Shown here: piece by piece, positions 20,379 through 31,671 of the stretch
Layout: each line of letters starts with the position of its first letter
How positions within the stretch are numbered: position 1 is the stretch's first letter
Assembly (NCBI GenBank): GCA_965206845.1
Contig: OZ242221.1
Location: forward strand, 640,001 to 704,000
Source of the DNA: Cenarchaeum sp.
Lineage (GTDB): Archaea; Thermoproteota; Nitrososphaeria; Nitrososphaerales; Nitrosopumilaceae
Direction of reading: 5' to 3'
Length of the DNA: 64,000 bases
Notes under the pieces: generated by a model
Seen by the model: only the letters and a program-made list of their open reading frames with translations
Told to the model about the DNA's origin: nothing
Database searches by the model: none
Made by a program: the position numbers and the translations under genes

Positions 20379-21671
20379 ATGTTTGATTTGGAGCTTCCAC
20401 GGGGAATGAAGGACTTTGGCGCAGGAGAGCTGGCAGGGGTCGAGCTGGTCCGCTCCCGCTTCCTTGAGCTGGCCAGGGTGTTTGACCTTGAGATGATGGA
20501 GCCGTCCCCCATCGAGTCCGTTGCCACGCTGGAGGCAAAGAGCGGCCCTGCCATACGCGACGAGATCTACTTCTTCAAGGACAAAGGGGGCCGCGATGTG
20601 GCACTGCGCTTTGACTTTACCGTCGGACTGACCCGCCACGTGGCATCGCAAAAGTCTCTTAGGATGCCTGCAAAATTCGCGTCCTTTGGCGGCGTCTTCA
20701 GGTATGACGAGCCGCAGAAGGGGAGGTACCGCTACTTTCACCAGTGGAACATCGAGACATACGGCAGGCCCGGCATCGAGTCAGAGGCCGAGATGATCGA
20801 GTTTACAGCCAGGCTCTTTGAGGCGCTGGGACTCAAAAACATAACAATCGACATCAGCCACCGCAGGCTGGTCGAGTCCCACATATTCCAGGTCTTTGGA
20901 TCCACAGAGCCTGTGCTGGTAGCAGACATCCTGCGTGCAGTGGACAAGATCGCGAAAAAGTCGCGCCGGGAGATCCTGCAGGAGTTCTCGGACAAGGGGT
21001 ATGACGCGGAGAAGCTGGAGAAGATAATCAGGTTCTCGTCCGTCGCCGGATCCCCATCAGAGGTGGAGAGGCAGGTCGATGTCTCAAAGCTGGACGCGTG
21101 GGGGCATCTTGTCGAGCTGTTCGAGTCGCTGAAGAACCGAAAAGTCAGAAATGCCAGAATCAACCTTGCGGTAGTCCGCGGTCTTGACTACTACTCTGGA
21201 ACGGTGCTGGAGGTGTTTGATACGGGTTCCGGCATGGGTGCCCTTGCAGGCGGTGGCAGGTACGACAGCCTAGCACGGGCCTTTGGGCGCGAGGATTTTG
21301 GCGCCACAGGTGTTGCCGGCGGGGTCGAGAGGACCATTCTTGCAATGGAGGAGCAGGGCATGGCCGTCGCTCCAGGGCATCCGGAGGTATCCGTGCTGTA
21401 CATCGAGCCTGCCGGGAGGCAAGCCGTAGGAATCGCATCGACGCTAAGACAAAAGGGGATTGCAGTCAGGATTGACCTGGCCGGGAGGCCGCTGAAGAAG
21501 CAGATGTCTGCTGCCTCAGACTCGAGATTTGCAGTCATTGTGGGCCCAGAAGAGACCCGGGAGGGAAGAGTGGTGCTCAGGGACATGCAGAGCAGAGTCG
21601 AATCCAGGATTCCAATAGAAGACCTGCTGCGCGATCCCGGACTGGCGCTCAGACCCCAAAGGCCCGGGTGA
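20379..21671 (+). CDS. hisS: Histidyl-tRNA synthetase
   Basis: PRGMKD, FRYDEPQKGRYR, VRGLDYY and GGGRYD motifs. Confidence 0.96.
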   Translation: MFDLELPRGMKDFGAGELAGVELVRSRFLELARVFDLEMMEPSPIESVATLEAKSGPAIRDEIYFFKDKGGRDVALRFDFTVGLTRHVASQKSLRMPAKFASFGGVFRYDEPQKGRYRYFHQWNIETYGRPGIESEAEMIEFTARLFEALGLKNITIDISHRRLVESHIFQVFGSTEPVLVADILRAVDKIAKKSRREILQEFSDKGYDAEKLEKIIRFSSVAGSPSEVERQVDVSKLDAWGHLVELFESLKNRKVRNARINLAVVRGLDYYSGTVLEVFDTGSGMGALAGGGRYDSLARAFGREDFGATGVAGGVERTILAMEEQGMAVAPGHPEVSVLYIEPAGRQAVGIASTLRQKGIAVRIDLAGRPLKKQMSAASDSRFAVIVGPEETREGRVVLRDMQSRVESRIPIEDLLRDPGLALRPQRPG

Positions 21672-22314
21672 GCATCATTATCTCCGGACCGCTTGTAAAC
21701 GAGCCGGTGACTGCCGCCTTGTTGTTCAGCAGTATTCCTGATGACACGAATGGAACCCCGCCGTTGATGGTGGCCTGCTCCATGGAGACTCCCAGTACGC
21801 TGGAGAATCTGCTGATGTCGTCCTCGTCTGTCTCCGGATGAACTATTCCCCCATGCATGTTGGCAACGGCCATGGATCCCGCCTGATGGTAGCCGGCAAC
21901 CTTGCCCCGGATTACCTCCACGTCCAGCACGTCCCCGATGACCCGGACGCATTCCTGTGGGAACCCCGGGGAGATTATGGCCCCGCGATCATTTGCACAG
22001 ATCAGGTTTCCCAGCGCCGTGTACTTTGAGTCCAGAAACCCCACATTGAGCCCCGTGGCTTTCTTCATGTGTTCGTACTCGTCCTCTGAGGCAGTCACCG
22101 GCAGCAGCAGGCCGTGGTTGTTAAAGACCATCAGTGTGCCAAGCAGCCTGGTGTTTGCCACAGAGGCATACACTACGCTGACGCCCAGATGCTCGCCGAG
22201 CTTCTCTCCCCTGGCCCTGGTGTACCCCATGGGCAGAAACACCACATCGTCGTTTGTGGCAGCATAGACTCCTATGTTGGGCCCTCGGTACACGTCATAC
22301 TTGTGAATATCCAC
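21649..22314 (-). CDS. eif6: Translation initiation factor aIF6
   Basis: NIGVY, ALGNLICAND and TINGG motifs. Start reset to GTG 22314. Confidence 0.92.
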   Translation of the reverse strand: MDIHKYDVYRGPNIGVYAATNDDVVFLPMGYTRARGEKLGEHLGVSVVYASVANTRLLGTLMVFNNHGLLLPVTASEDEYEHMKKATGLNVGFLDSKYTALGNLICANDRGAIISPGFPQECVRVIGDVLDVEVIRGKVAGYHQAGSMAVANMHGGIVHPETDEDDISRFSSVLGVSMEQATINGGVPFVSSGILLNNKAAVTGSFTSGPEIMMLTRAFGV

Positions 22315-22520
22315 AGGAACCCCCGGGTATGAAAAGATATGAACCTTGGGCACGCGGCCGCCTGTCCCACCGAGCCAGGCATCGGAATCCACCCCGGCAT
22401 GTGCCCAGACCGTGGCAGAACCGGCCCTGCAGGGCAGAATACGGCCGCCCCGCGGGCCTGGGCAAGGTTTAGTTCAAACTAAGTTTGTTTAGATTTAAAT
22501 AGCATCTGGAAAAATTATAA

Positions 22521-23060
<540 letters not shown>

Positions 23061-23145
23061 AACACCTCCCTTTCTTCCCTTTTTCTAAAATCCGACCTAC
23101 CGTCGGTACTCAACAAATTTTAACCGCCGTGCAGCACCGGTTACC

Positions 23146-23229
23146 GCAGGGGTCGCCTAGCCTGGTAGGGCGCGGGCCTTGAGAGCCTGTGTGGGTAACC
23201 ATACGGGGGTTCGAATCCCTCTCCCTGCG
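23146..23229 (+). tRNA. tRNA-Ser(TGA)
   Basis: Anticodon arm CGGGC-CTTGAGA-GCCTG, long variable arm, GTTCGAATC. Confidence 0.95.
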
Positions 23230-23303
23230 CTATTCTCAACCGTCCCGGCGCGCCAGCAGGCCCTGCCTGTAGCGCAGACGGCCGTATCTTACCCGGCATC
23301 GGG

Positions 23304-24257
23304 TTATCTTGGCACCCGGGCAAGCTCTGCTAGGAGCGCAGAGAGCTGAATCTCCGGGTTGGATCCCGCCAGTATCCGGTAGTCGTACTTTGCGATAATC
23401 TCGAGTATGTCACCTGCGTGATCCGTTCTGCCCCCAAAGACCGCAGCGCAAAGATACTTGAGGAAGTCAGACTCGGACATCCCGTACACCTTGACGAGGT
23501 CTATCATCTTCTCCCGCGCCTGGGGGAATTTGCCGCCAAGCGCAAGCTTTAGCACCACCTTGACGTCCTCTGACTTTGTCAGACCCGCCGCCGCTTTTAC
23601 GCGATCCTCGGTGATTCCGCCCATGCTGGCGACGGTCTGCAGAAGGTTGATCGCATGCCTCAAGTCGCCCCCGGCGTAGTCATACACCGCCTGCAGCCCG
23701 TCCTCGTCTGACTCCGTACCCTCCTTTTCGGCAATCACCTTTAACCTAGATACCACATCCTGCCGCGAGACCGCGGTAAACTTGAAGACCGCGCACCTGC
23801 TCTGGATCGGTTCGATAATCTTGGAGATGTTGTTTGCAGTGATGATGAACCGGCAGTGTCTAGCCGTGTCCTCGATGATCCGCCTCAGGGCGGTCTGGGC
23901 ATCTGACGTCATCTCGTCGGCCTCGTCCAGTATTATGATCTTGAACGGAATATCACCAAAGCTGGCCCAACGGGAGAACTTTTTTACCTTCTCCCGAACC
24001 ATGTTGATTCCGCGCTCATCAGACGCGTTGAGCTCAAGCATGTACTCGCGCCAGTTGTCTCCAAGTATCTGCCTTGCAACGCACAGAGCCGTGGTGGTCT
24101 TGCCGATTCCTGCAGAACCCGAGAAGAGCATGTGCGGCATCTCCGACTCCTTTTTGAGCAGTGCCTCGATACTGCCAATTATCTCCCTCTGGTTCACAAC
24201 ATCTGAGAGCCTCTGGGGCCGGTACCTCTCCACCCACATGGAGTCTGCGGCAGCCAT
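23304..24257 (-). CDS. rfcS: Replication factor C small subunit
   Basis: WVERYRP, GIGKTT, ELNASDERG, DEAD and SRC motifs. Confidence 0.96.
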   Translation of the reverse strand: MAAADSMWVERYRPQRLSDVVNQREIIGSIEALLKKESEMPHMLFSGSAGIGKTTTALCVARQILGDNWREYMLELNASDERGINMVREKVKKFSRWASFGDIPFKIIILDEADEMTSDAQTALRRIIEDTARHCRFIITANNISKIIEPIQSRCAVFKFTAVSRQDVVSRLKVIAEKEGTESDEDGLQAVYDYAGGDLRHAINLLQTVASMGGITEDRVKAAAGLTKSEDVKVVLKLALGGKFPQAREKMIDLVKVYGMSESDFLKYLCAAVFGGRTDHAGDILEIIAKYDYRILAGSNPEIQLSALLAELARVPR

Positions 24258-24465
24258 GCCGTACTTGGGACGCCATCCCTAAATAAATCCGTGGATGCCT
24301 GCAAAGGTGCGCGATCAGCCACCTCGCTTGGGCACAAATTCGGGATAGATCTCAGCATCCGGCAAGTGCGGTAGGCGGCTCCATTGAATCAATTATTATT
24401 CAACTATTTAGTGAAAAAATGTGATGCACCGCTGTAAAATCAATATTTGAGACTCATGTCCGGAT

Positions 24466-24981
24466 TTGAAGACAAAAGATGTCAGGGATCTGCACGGTAC
24501 CGCATTCTCCCTGGAAGATGTAAAGGTGACACTGCACAGGGATATCGGCCTCAACGTATCCGGAATTAGCGTGGAAGGCAAGGAGGGCGAGGTACTCAAC
24601 ATCCCCCGCTGGGTTGCCCGGGTGCTCGAAGATCGGGGGCATGCCACCATCGAGGAGGCAGACATGGTAGTGGAGCTGAAGCAGGCGTTGGTAAAAGAGA
24701 ATGTGCAGGGTGACTTCGAGATGTCCACGCTCGAGCCATACTTTTACATCAGGCTGAGATCATACATAAAAAGACTGGATGGGCGGGATGCCGACCGGGT
24801 CGAGAGCATGCTTGGCACGCTTGTCAGAAAGAGGCAGGGCAAGATAGTCCGCCTAGCCGACTCGTCTGCCCTTACCGCAGAACATGCCAAAAAGCTTACC
24901 GTGGAGGAGAGGTTATTCTACAATAACCTCCACGATATTAGCGCCGGTTTCAGAGATAGCATACTTGGTGAAAAAGCATGA
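24466..24981 (+). CDS. GINS subunit (Gins23-like)
   Basis: IPRWVARVL B-domain motif, R..KI and LT.EER. Overlaps the mcm start. Confidence 0.85.
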   Translation: MKTKDVRDLHGTAFSLEDVKVTLHRDIGLNVSGISVEGKEGEVLNIPRWVARVLEDRGHATIEEADMVVELKQALVKENVQGDFEMSTLEPYFYIRLRSYIKRLDGRDADRVESMLGTLVRKRQGKIVRLADSSALTAEHAKKLTVEERLFYNNLHDISAGFRDSILGEKA

Positions 24982-27065
24982 GCGTTATGAAGACACAGAG
25001 CACGGAATCTGCGCTGGCAGACATCGTAAAAACATTTCTGGTCGAGTTCAGGGACAAAAGCGGTGGCTTCAGGTACGTAGAGAAGATCGACCAGATGATG
25101 TCGCGCCGCGCAAAATACATGGTGGTAAATTACAACGACCTGGTTCTCTCATTGGAGATCGAGGCCAGGTTCAGTGATAGCGCAGATCACATTCTCAAGG
25201 CGTTCTCAAAGGCCATCTATCTGATCCTTCGGGAACGGTTCCCAGAGTACGCAGACAAGATCAAGGACGAGATCCGGGCCAGGATAATCAACTTCCCCGT
25301 ACAGCGCAGCCTGAGACAGATCAACGCCGAGATCATAAGCAAGATGACCAGCGTCTCTGGAATGGTGGTACGCACCTCGGAGGTAAAGCCCCTGGCCAGG
25401 GAGCTGAGCTACGTGTGCCCCGAAGGCCACAAGACCCAAGTAATCCTGCTAAAGGGAATGAGCGTCAACGTGCCGACAAAGTGCTCGGATCCAAAGTGTA
25501 CGCATCGGGATCTGGAGGTGGAACCGGAGACCAGCAGGTTTATCGACTTTCAGATCATCAGGCTGCAGGAGCTGCCGGAGGATCTTCCGCCAGGACAGCT
25601 CCCCCACTACGTGGACGTGGCAATAAAGCAGGATCTGGTGGACAACGCGCGCCCCGGAGACCGCATCATACTGACAGGCATTGTCAGAATAGAGCAGGAG
25701 CCGGTCTCGGGAATCAATCGCGCCAACAGCGGACTGTACCGGCTGAGAATAGACGGAAACAACATCGAGTTTTTGGGAGGCCGGGGGGCCAACATATCGC
25801 GCAAGTCAGAGAGGGAGGAGGTGTCCGTAGAGGAGGAGAAGATCATCCGCGCGCTGGCAAACAGCATGGACATCAACGAGAGGCTGATCGAGTCATTTGC
25901 ACCCCACATCCAGGGCCAGTCACTCATCAAAGAAGCGATCCTGCTTCTTATAATCGGCTCCACCCAGAGGCTGCTGGCAGACGGAAGCAAGATTCGCGGA
26001 GACATCAACATATTCCTGGTGGGCGATCCGGGAACCGCAAAGAGCGAGATGCTAAAGTTCTGCGCAAGGATAGCCCCCCGCGGCCTCTACACCTCGGGCA
26101 GGGGTTCTACTGCCGCAGGCCTGACTGCCGCAGTGGTTCGCGACAAGAGCGGGATCATGATGCTGGAGGCAGGAGCCGTTGTGCTGGGGGATCAGGGGCT
26201 TGTGTGCATAGACGAGTTTGACAAGATGAAGCCCGAGGACCGTAGTGCGCTGCACGAGGTGATGGAGCAACAGTCGGCCAGCATTGCCAAGGGAGGCATT
26301 GTGGCCACCCTGAACGCGCGGACATCAATCCTTGCAGCGGCAAACCCGATGTACGGCAAGTACGACCCCTTCAAGAACATCACAGAGAACGTAAACCTGC
26401 CCGTTCCACTGCTTACGCGGTTTGATCTCATATTTGTGATCCGCGACATCCCCGCAAAGGAGAAGGATGCGAGTATAGCAAGGCACATCATAGACCTGCA
26501 CACGCCCAGGGGTGTTGAGAAGCGCTCGCTGATCGATGTTGACATCCTCACAAAGTACCTGTCATACGCAAAGAGATTCAACCCAGTTCTGACCCAGGAG
26601 GCCGAGCAGAAGATTCTCGACTACTACCTCAAGATGAGAAATGTCGAGTCCGACGAGATGATGATCACGGTAACGCCGCGCCAGCTGGAGGGGCTCATCA
26701 GGCTCACCATGGCCCGGGCCAGGCTGCTGATGAGGGATCAGGCCGATGCCGATGATGCCGATCGCGCCATATACCTGTATGAGTGCATGCTGCGCGATGC
26801 CGGCATGGACGTCAACACCGGAAGGATCGACATGGGAGTCATACATGGAAAGCCCAGGAGCGAGATAGCCAAGATGCAGATCTTCATGGAAGTCCTAAAG
26901 GGCCTTGAGGGGGAACCGCCGTCCGCCGTGGAAGAGAAGCTGTTCATAGACGAGCTCGTAAAATCCGGCAAGTTCGACGAGGAGGAGTCGCGCAGGTACA
27001 TCAAAAAGATGTCAGAGGAAGGAACTATTTATGAAGCAAAGGTAGGCCACTATAAACGCGTATGA
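24978..27065 (+). CDS. mcm: MCM replicative helicase (no intein)
   Basis: GDPGTAKS, IDEFDKM and TRFD motifs plus a Zn finger. Confidence 0.97.
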   Translation: MSVMKTQSTESALADIVKTFLVEFRDKSGGFRYVEKIDQMMSRRAKYMVVNYNDLVLSLEIEARFSDSADHILKAFSKAIYLILRERFPEYADKIKDEIRARIINFPVQRSLRQINAEIISKMTSVSGMVVRTSEVKPLARELSYVCPEGHKTQVILLKGMSVNVPTKCSDPKCTHRDLEVEPETSRFIDFQIIRLQELPEDLPPGQLPHYVDVAIKQDLVDNARPGDRIILTGIVRIEQEPVSGINRANSGLYRLRIDGNNIEFLGGRGANISRKSEREEVSVEEEKIIRALANSMDINERLIESFAPHIQGQSLIKEAILLLIIGSTQRLLADGSKIRGDINIFLVGDPGTAKSEMLKFCARIAPRGLYTSGRGSTAAGLTAAVVRDKSGIMMLEAGAVVLGDQGLVCIDEFDKMKPEDRSALHEVMEQQSASIAKGGIVATLNARTSILAAANPMYGKYDPFKNITENVNLPVPLLTRFDLIFVIRDIPAKEKDASIARHIIDLHTPRGVEKRSLIDVDILTKYLSYAKRFNPVLTQEAEQKILDYYLKMRNVESDEMMITVTPRQLEGLIRLTMARARLLMRDQADADDADRAIYLYECMLRDAGMDVNTGRIDMGVIHGKPRSEIAKMQIFMEVLKGLEGEPPSAVEEKLFIDELVKSGKFDEEESRRYIKKMSEEGTIYEAKVGHYKRV

Positions 27066-29188
27066 AGATAACAGATCTGAGGCTACCAGATGACTCGATT
27101 AGCTTCCTCAAATCTCAGGGATACGTAGATCTCTATCCCCCGCAGGCAGACAGCGTAAAGGCCGGCCTGCTGAGCGGAAAGAGCATGCTGGTATCCGCAC
27201 CCACTGCCAGCGGCAAGACCCTCATTGCCACAATGGCCATTCTTGCCTACCTGCAGGGCAGCCACCGCAAGGTAGTCTACCTGAGCCCGCTCAAGGCCCT
27301 GGCAGCAGAGAAGTACGGCGAGCTCAAAAAGATCAAAACGATTCCCGGGCTGAAGGATGTCCGGATCCGGATCTCCACCGGCGACTTTGATTCAAGGGAT
27401 GGCGCTATCGCCAGAAGCGATGTCGCCATTATGACAAACGAGAAGATGGACTCGGCCATCCGCCATGATCCCAGCTGGGTCGACGAGGTCGGCCTGGTCA
27501 TAGTGGACGAGATACACCTGCTGGGAGACCAGACCCGTGGCCCCACGCTGGAGATGATCCTAAGCAAGCTCAGGTACCTGGGAAGCAGGATGCAGGTCAT
27601 CGGCCTGAGTGCAACCATCTCAAATGCAGACGAGATAGCCCGGTGGCTTGACACCACCCTGGTCGTCAGCGACTGGAGGCCCGTGTCACTGACTGAGGGC
27701 GTGTACGACTACGGCACGGTCACGATGCAAGACGGGCGCGCCTTTGAGGTACCCCTCACACTCCGGAGCCCCCCCGTTGACATCGGCGTGGACTCGGTGG
27801 TGCACGGGGGGCAGTCGCTTGTGTTTGCCTCCACCAGGTCCAGATCCGTATCCCTGGCCTCCAAGGCCGCTGCTGCCGTCTTCAAGCTAATGAAAAAGTC
27901 CGATGTCACACACCTGGCAAAGGTGTCACGGAGCATCCTTGAGAGGAACGAGAACACCAAGATGATCAAGGCGCTGGCAGATCTGGTAAAGAACGGGGTG
28001 GCATTTCACCACGCGGGGCTGAACCAGTACTGCCGCGAGATCGTGGAGAAGGAGTTCCGCTCGGGCAGAATCAAGCTGCTGACGTCCACTCCGACGCTGG
28101 CAGCCGGGGTGAACCTGCCTGCAAGGAGGGTGGTGGTCTCCAGCGTTACCCGGTACGACGCCCGCATGGGAGCCAGCATGCCGATCAGCGTCATGGAGTA
28201 CAAGCAGTACTGCGGCAGGGCAGGAAGACCCCAGTACGACGACTACGGGGAGGCCATAATCGTCGGGAACGGCAACGCCTGGGAGATGACAGAGATGTAC
28301 GTCAACGGGGAGCCTGAGCCCGTGGAGTCGCAGATCACAGGCCAGAGATCCCTGCGAATCCACACCTTGAGCCTGATTACGACCGTGCCGGGAATCAAGG
28401 GCGGCGAGATCGCCGAATTTTTCCTGAACACCCTTGGTGGCACCCAGTCATCCGGCCCGGGAGTCGAGCGTGACGTCTGGAGCACGCTGGAGTTCCTGCA
28501 GGAGGGCGGTCTTATCGTCTGCAAGGGCGGCAGATACGCGGCAACGGAGTTTGGCAAAAAGGCATCCCTTCTGTACATAGACCCGGAGACCGCCCTCATG
28601 TTTCGGGAGACGCTGAGGACGGCATCCAAAAGGCCCAGGCATACCCTGGGCTTTCTTCACCTGATCACCGAATGCGGGGAGTTCTATCCAAAATTTGGCA
28701 TGAGAAAGGACGACTACGATCGTGCCGCCGACGTGATCGATACGCACGCAGAGGAGATCATTGATTTCTTCACGGAGCAGGAATGCAACCGGAGCCTTCT
28801 GGCGCTGCACTACTGGATTATGGAGCAGACGGATCTTGTCATCTCGGATCACCTGGGCATCGAGTCAGGTGACATGCACAGAATGGTGGAGACCGCCGCC
28901 TGGCTGGCCCACTCCCTGCAGGAGCTGGCAAGGCTTCAGGGGCGCGCCGATCTGCTAGAGGAGCTTGGCATCCTGCAGCGGAGGATCACCTACGGCATCA
29001 TGGAGGACCTGACAGAGCTGACCAGGATACGCGGAGTGGGCCGGATCCGGGCCCGGAGCCTGTTCAAGCACAAGATCAGGACCCTTGACGACCTAGCAAG
29101 GTTACCCGTCAGAAACCTGGCCGCAATCGACAAGATCGGCAGAACCATCGCGGCCAGCATCAAGTCACAGACGGGGACTGTAACATAA
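27062..29188 (+). CDS. hel308: Hel308/Ski2-like SF2 helicase
   Basis: PTASGKT, DEIH, FHHAGL and GRAGRP motifs with a C-terminal HhH. Confidence 0.93.
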   Translation: MKITDLRLPDDSISFLKSQGYVDLYPPQADSVKAGLLSGKSMLVSAPTASGKTLIATMAILAYLQGSHRKVVYLSPLKALAAEKYGELKKIKTIPGLKDVRIRISTGDFDSRDGAIARSDVAIMTNEKMDSAIRHDPSWVDEVGLVIVDEIHLLGDQTRGPTLEMILSKLRYLGSRMQVIGLSATISNADEIARWLDTTLVVSDWRPVSLTEGVYDYGTVTMQDGRAFEVPLTLRSPPVDIGVDSVVHGGQSLVFASTRSRSVSLASKAAAAVFKLMKKSDVTHLAKVSRSILERNENTKMIKALADLVKNGVAFHHAGLNQYCREIVEKEFRSGRIKLLTSTPTLAAGVNLPARRVVVSSVTRYDARMGASMPISVMEYKQYCGRAGRPQYDDYGEAIIVGNGNAWEMTEMYVNGEPEPVESQITGQRSLRIHTLSLITTVPGIKGGEIAEFFLNTLGGTQSSGPGVERDVWSTLEFLQEGGLIVCKGGRYAATEFGKKASLLYIDPETALMFRETLRTASKRPRHTLGFLHLITECGEFYPKFGMRKDDYDRAADVIDTHAEEIIDFFTEQECNRSLLALHYWIMEQTDLVISDHLGIESGDMHRMVETAAWLAHSLQELARLQGRADLLEELGILQRRITYGIMEDLTELTRIRGVGRIRARSLFKHKIRTLDDLARLPVRNLAAIDKIGRTIAASIKSQTGTVT

Positions 29189-30199
29189 TTGGCAGACGAG
29201 ATGATTGCGGCGATAGCCGCATCCGCTGTTGCGTTTTTTACGGTGTACCTGGCCATGCCGCCGCTGATCAGGATCCTGGAGGCAAGAAACATGACGGTGC
29301 CAGACGTCAACAAGAAGGGGCATGTCATGGTTGCCCGTCCCGGCGGGCCTGCGCTCATCGCGGGGATACTGGCATCTGAGGCAGTCATGTACGCGTTCTT
29401 TCCGGACGGCGCCATACTTGCAATAATGGCCACCACCACCATCGCGTTCTTTGTGGGGCTGACAGACGACATAAGGGTCATGGGCGGCTGGTTCAAACCC
29501 GTGGCGCTGGCCTTTGCGGCAGCCCCCATCCTCCTGCTGGGTGCGTACGACTCGAACCTTGCGTTTCCCCTGTTTGGCAACGTGCAGATTCCCGTGCTGT
29601 ATCTGGGGGTGGCGGTGCTCATGATCTCGATTACAGGCAACACGATAAACTCCATTGACGTGGTAAACGGTTCGGCCAGCGGCTTTATGATAATTGCAAG
29701 CTTTGCCCTGTCCATCTCGCTGTTCATAGTGGAGTGGCTTGCCGGCGGGCAGGACTACGTGGTGGCAGCCGCCAGCCTGCCCCTGGGATTTGTCTCGCTG
29801 GCCCTGTACAGGTACCACCGCATCCAGAGCAGGATATTTCCCGGAGACTCGGGGGCGCTGACCCTGGGCTGCATGTACGGCGCCATCGCCGTTGTAGGCG
29901 GCGCGGAGATTATCGCCGCAGTGGCGCTGCTTCCTGCCATAGTCAACTCGTTTCTGTTTCTGTCAAGCATGAAGCGCGTAGTGGAACACCGCCAGATCAA
30001 ATCAAGGCCGGTAACACACACAGAAGACATGAAGCTCAAGGCAACCGACAGCAAGACCGCGCCTGTCACACTGGTGAGGCTCATCGTTGCATTCCGGCCC
30101 CTGACCGAGAGGGAGGTGGCACATGCGATCTTCAGGTTGGCGCTGTTCTCTGGGGGATTGGCCGTAGTAACTGCCCTGCTGATGGGGGTGTCGCTGTGA
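29189..30199 (+). CDS. MraY-family UDP-GlcNAc-1-phosphate transferase (AglH-like)
   Basis: Multi-TM protein with GLTDD, NSIDVVNG and IFPGDSG motifs. Confidence 0.85.
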   Translation: MADEMIAAIAASAVAFFTVYLAMPPLIRILEARNMTVPDVNKKGHVMVARPGGPALIAGILASEAVMYAFFPDGAILAIMATTTIAFFVGLTDDIRVMGGWFKPVALAFAAAPILLLGAYDSNLAFPLFGNVQIPVLYLGVAVLMISITGNTINSIDVVNGSASGFMIIASFALSISLFIVEWLAGGQDYVVAAASLPLGFVSLALYRYHRIQSRIFPGDSGALTLGCMYGAIAVVGGAEIIAAVALLPAIVNSFLFLSSMKRVVEHRQIKSRPVTHTEDMKLKATDSKTAPVTLVRLIVAFRPLTEREVAHAIFRLALFSGGLAVVTALLMGVSL

Positions 30200-30429
30200 T
30201 AGGGCCCATCTACGTCTTCGTCGCAGTAATGTGGCTGCTGATTCTGTCAGGCGGCGGACTGGCCGTCCTCATACTGGGGCCGATCACCATCTCTGGGTAT
30301 GGAGAGCTTGACGGCGCTCTCTCGTCTGGAGTAAAGGCGGTAGCGGCCATACTGCTGTCGGTACTCTGGGTAGTAATCCTCACCAAGATCAAGAACTGGA
30401 TGTTTCGCAGAAAGATCAGCTCCGTATAA
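30196..30429 (+). CDS. Small 2-TM membrane protein
   Basis: GTG start overlaps the upstream stop (GTGA). Two hydrophobic helices. Confidence 0.65.
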   Translation: MIGPIYVFVAVMWLLILSGGGLAVLILGPITISGYGELDGALSSGVKAVAAILLSVLWVVILTKIKNWMFRRKISSV

Positions 30430-30480
30430 GCCGCCGCCCCAGTGCCAGCAGGTCCGACCAGAGGCAGCGCACGGGCATTC

Positions 30481-30750
30481 TCAGAGGTGCCAGGGCATGC
30501 CGGATCTGGTTACCCTGTCAGGCAGATTTGTCGCGTTGCCCTTTAGAAACTCCATGTCCTGCTTTTTGTCCCTGAGGTCATCAGGCAGCATTATCGGAAT
30601 CCCGTCTATTATGGGGTAAAAGCGGGAGCAGTCGGGGCAGAGCAGTGCGCCCTCCAGGACAGCGTCCCCCTTTGTTCTTATCTCGACCAGCTCCAGGGGG
30701 GAGTGCCTGTCAATCGGGCATATCAGTATGTCCAGCATCTTTTTGTTCAT
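30481..30750 (-). CDS. trm112: Trm112-family methyltransferase activator
   Basis: LDILICP...G.L.C..C.R.YPI.DGIPIML pattern. Confidence 0.92.
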   Translation of the reverse strand: MNKKMLDILICPIDRHSPLELVEIRTKGDAVLEGALLCPDCSRFYPIIDGIPIMLPDDLRDKKQDMEFLKGNATNLPDRVTRSGMPWHL

Positions 30751-31670
30751 CTTGACTCCAGATAAATGGGCGTACCGCTTTCGTTGGATAAAAGTGCAGC
30801 TTCAAGCATTTTTGCTGCGTTTACTGCCTCCCGCGCATCTGCAGGCGGCCGGGTCTTCCCGGCAGCAGCGGCAAGAAGGCCCTCGATCTCACACTGCAGG
30901 GGATCCCTCCACGGATCCGTCGCATCCCTGGTTGCGGCAGGCGTCCTGATCCTGATCTCCTGCGAGACTGCGTCGCCGGAGACGACTGCGTTCGTGCATA
31001 TCGCGCTAAACGTCTGCTCCTTGAGCGGGGAGATCCAGCCAGATGAGACTGTCGCCATCTTGCCGTCCCCAAAGCCCAGCACAACCACGGCGTGGTCATC
31101 GCAGCCGCCATGCATGCTGCCTGACCTGGCAAAGACCATCTCCGGCGTCTGGCCAAAGAGCCACACGGCAGAGTCCATATCCTGTGCCGCGGCATCACGG
31201 ATGACTCCCGCACCGCCGGCGTGCGGCGGAGCCTTGTGCCTGTGAAACTCCAGCGCCGCGAGGCTGCCAAGGGTTCCTGACATGACCAGATCTCTTGCCT
31301 TTGCCACGGCAGGGTTAAACCTCCCGGTGCAGCCGTACAGCAGCAGGGTCCGGTTTCTCTCTGCCAGCTCCATCAGGGGATCGATCTCCCGGGACTGGTA
31401 CGTCACGGATCCGTCTACGAGGATGTCCTTTTTGGCCCTGACCAGCCGTGCTATCGCCTCTGGATGCATGTGCACGCACACAAGGGCGGCATCAAACTCG
31501 GACGACAGCAGCGCGTCAAGTGACGTGTGATGGCTCGCCGAGTACCTGTGGCCGCACTCCCTGGCAGCATCCTCCACGGCATCATATACGGCGCCAAGCG
31601 CCCCCAGCTCGGCCAGTATTCTGGCATGGTTCTCGCTCCGGCTCCCGGCGCCGACCAGCGCCACCTTCAG
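30747..31670 (-). CDS. Gfo/Idh/MocA oxidoreductase (divergent)
   Basis: Rossmann start (L)KVALVGAG, RFNP and GVIRD motifs. Start is CTG 31670 or GTG 31664. Confidence 0.8.
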   Translation of the reverse strand: MKVALVGAGSRSENHARILAELGALGAVYDAVEDAARECGHRYSASHHTSLDALLSSEFDAALVCVHMHPEAIARLVRAKKDILVDGSVTYQSREIDPLMELAERNRTLLLYGCTGRFNPAVAKARDLVMSGTLGSLAALEFHRHKAPPHAGGAGVIRDAAAQDMDSAVWLFGQTPEMVFARSGSMHGGCDDHAVVVLGFGDGKMATVSSGWISPLKEQTFSAICTNAVVSGDAVSQEIRIRTPAATRDATDPWRDPLQCEIEGLLAAAAGKTRPPADAREAVNAAKMLEAALLSNESGTPIYLESR

Positions 31671-31671
31671 A

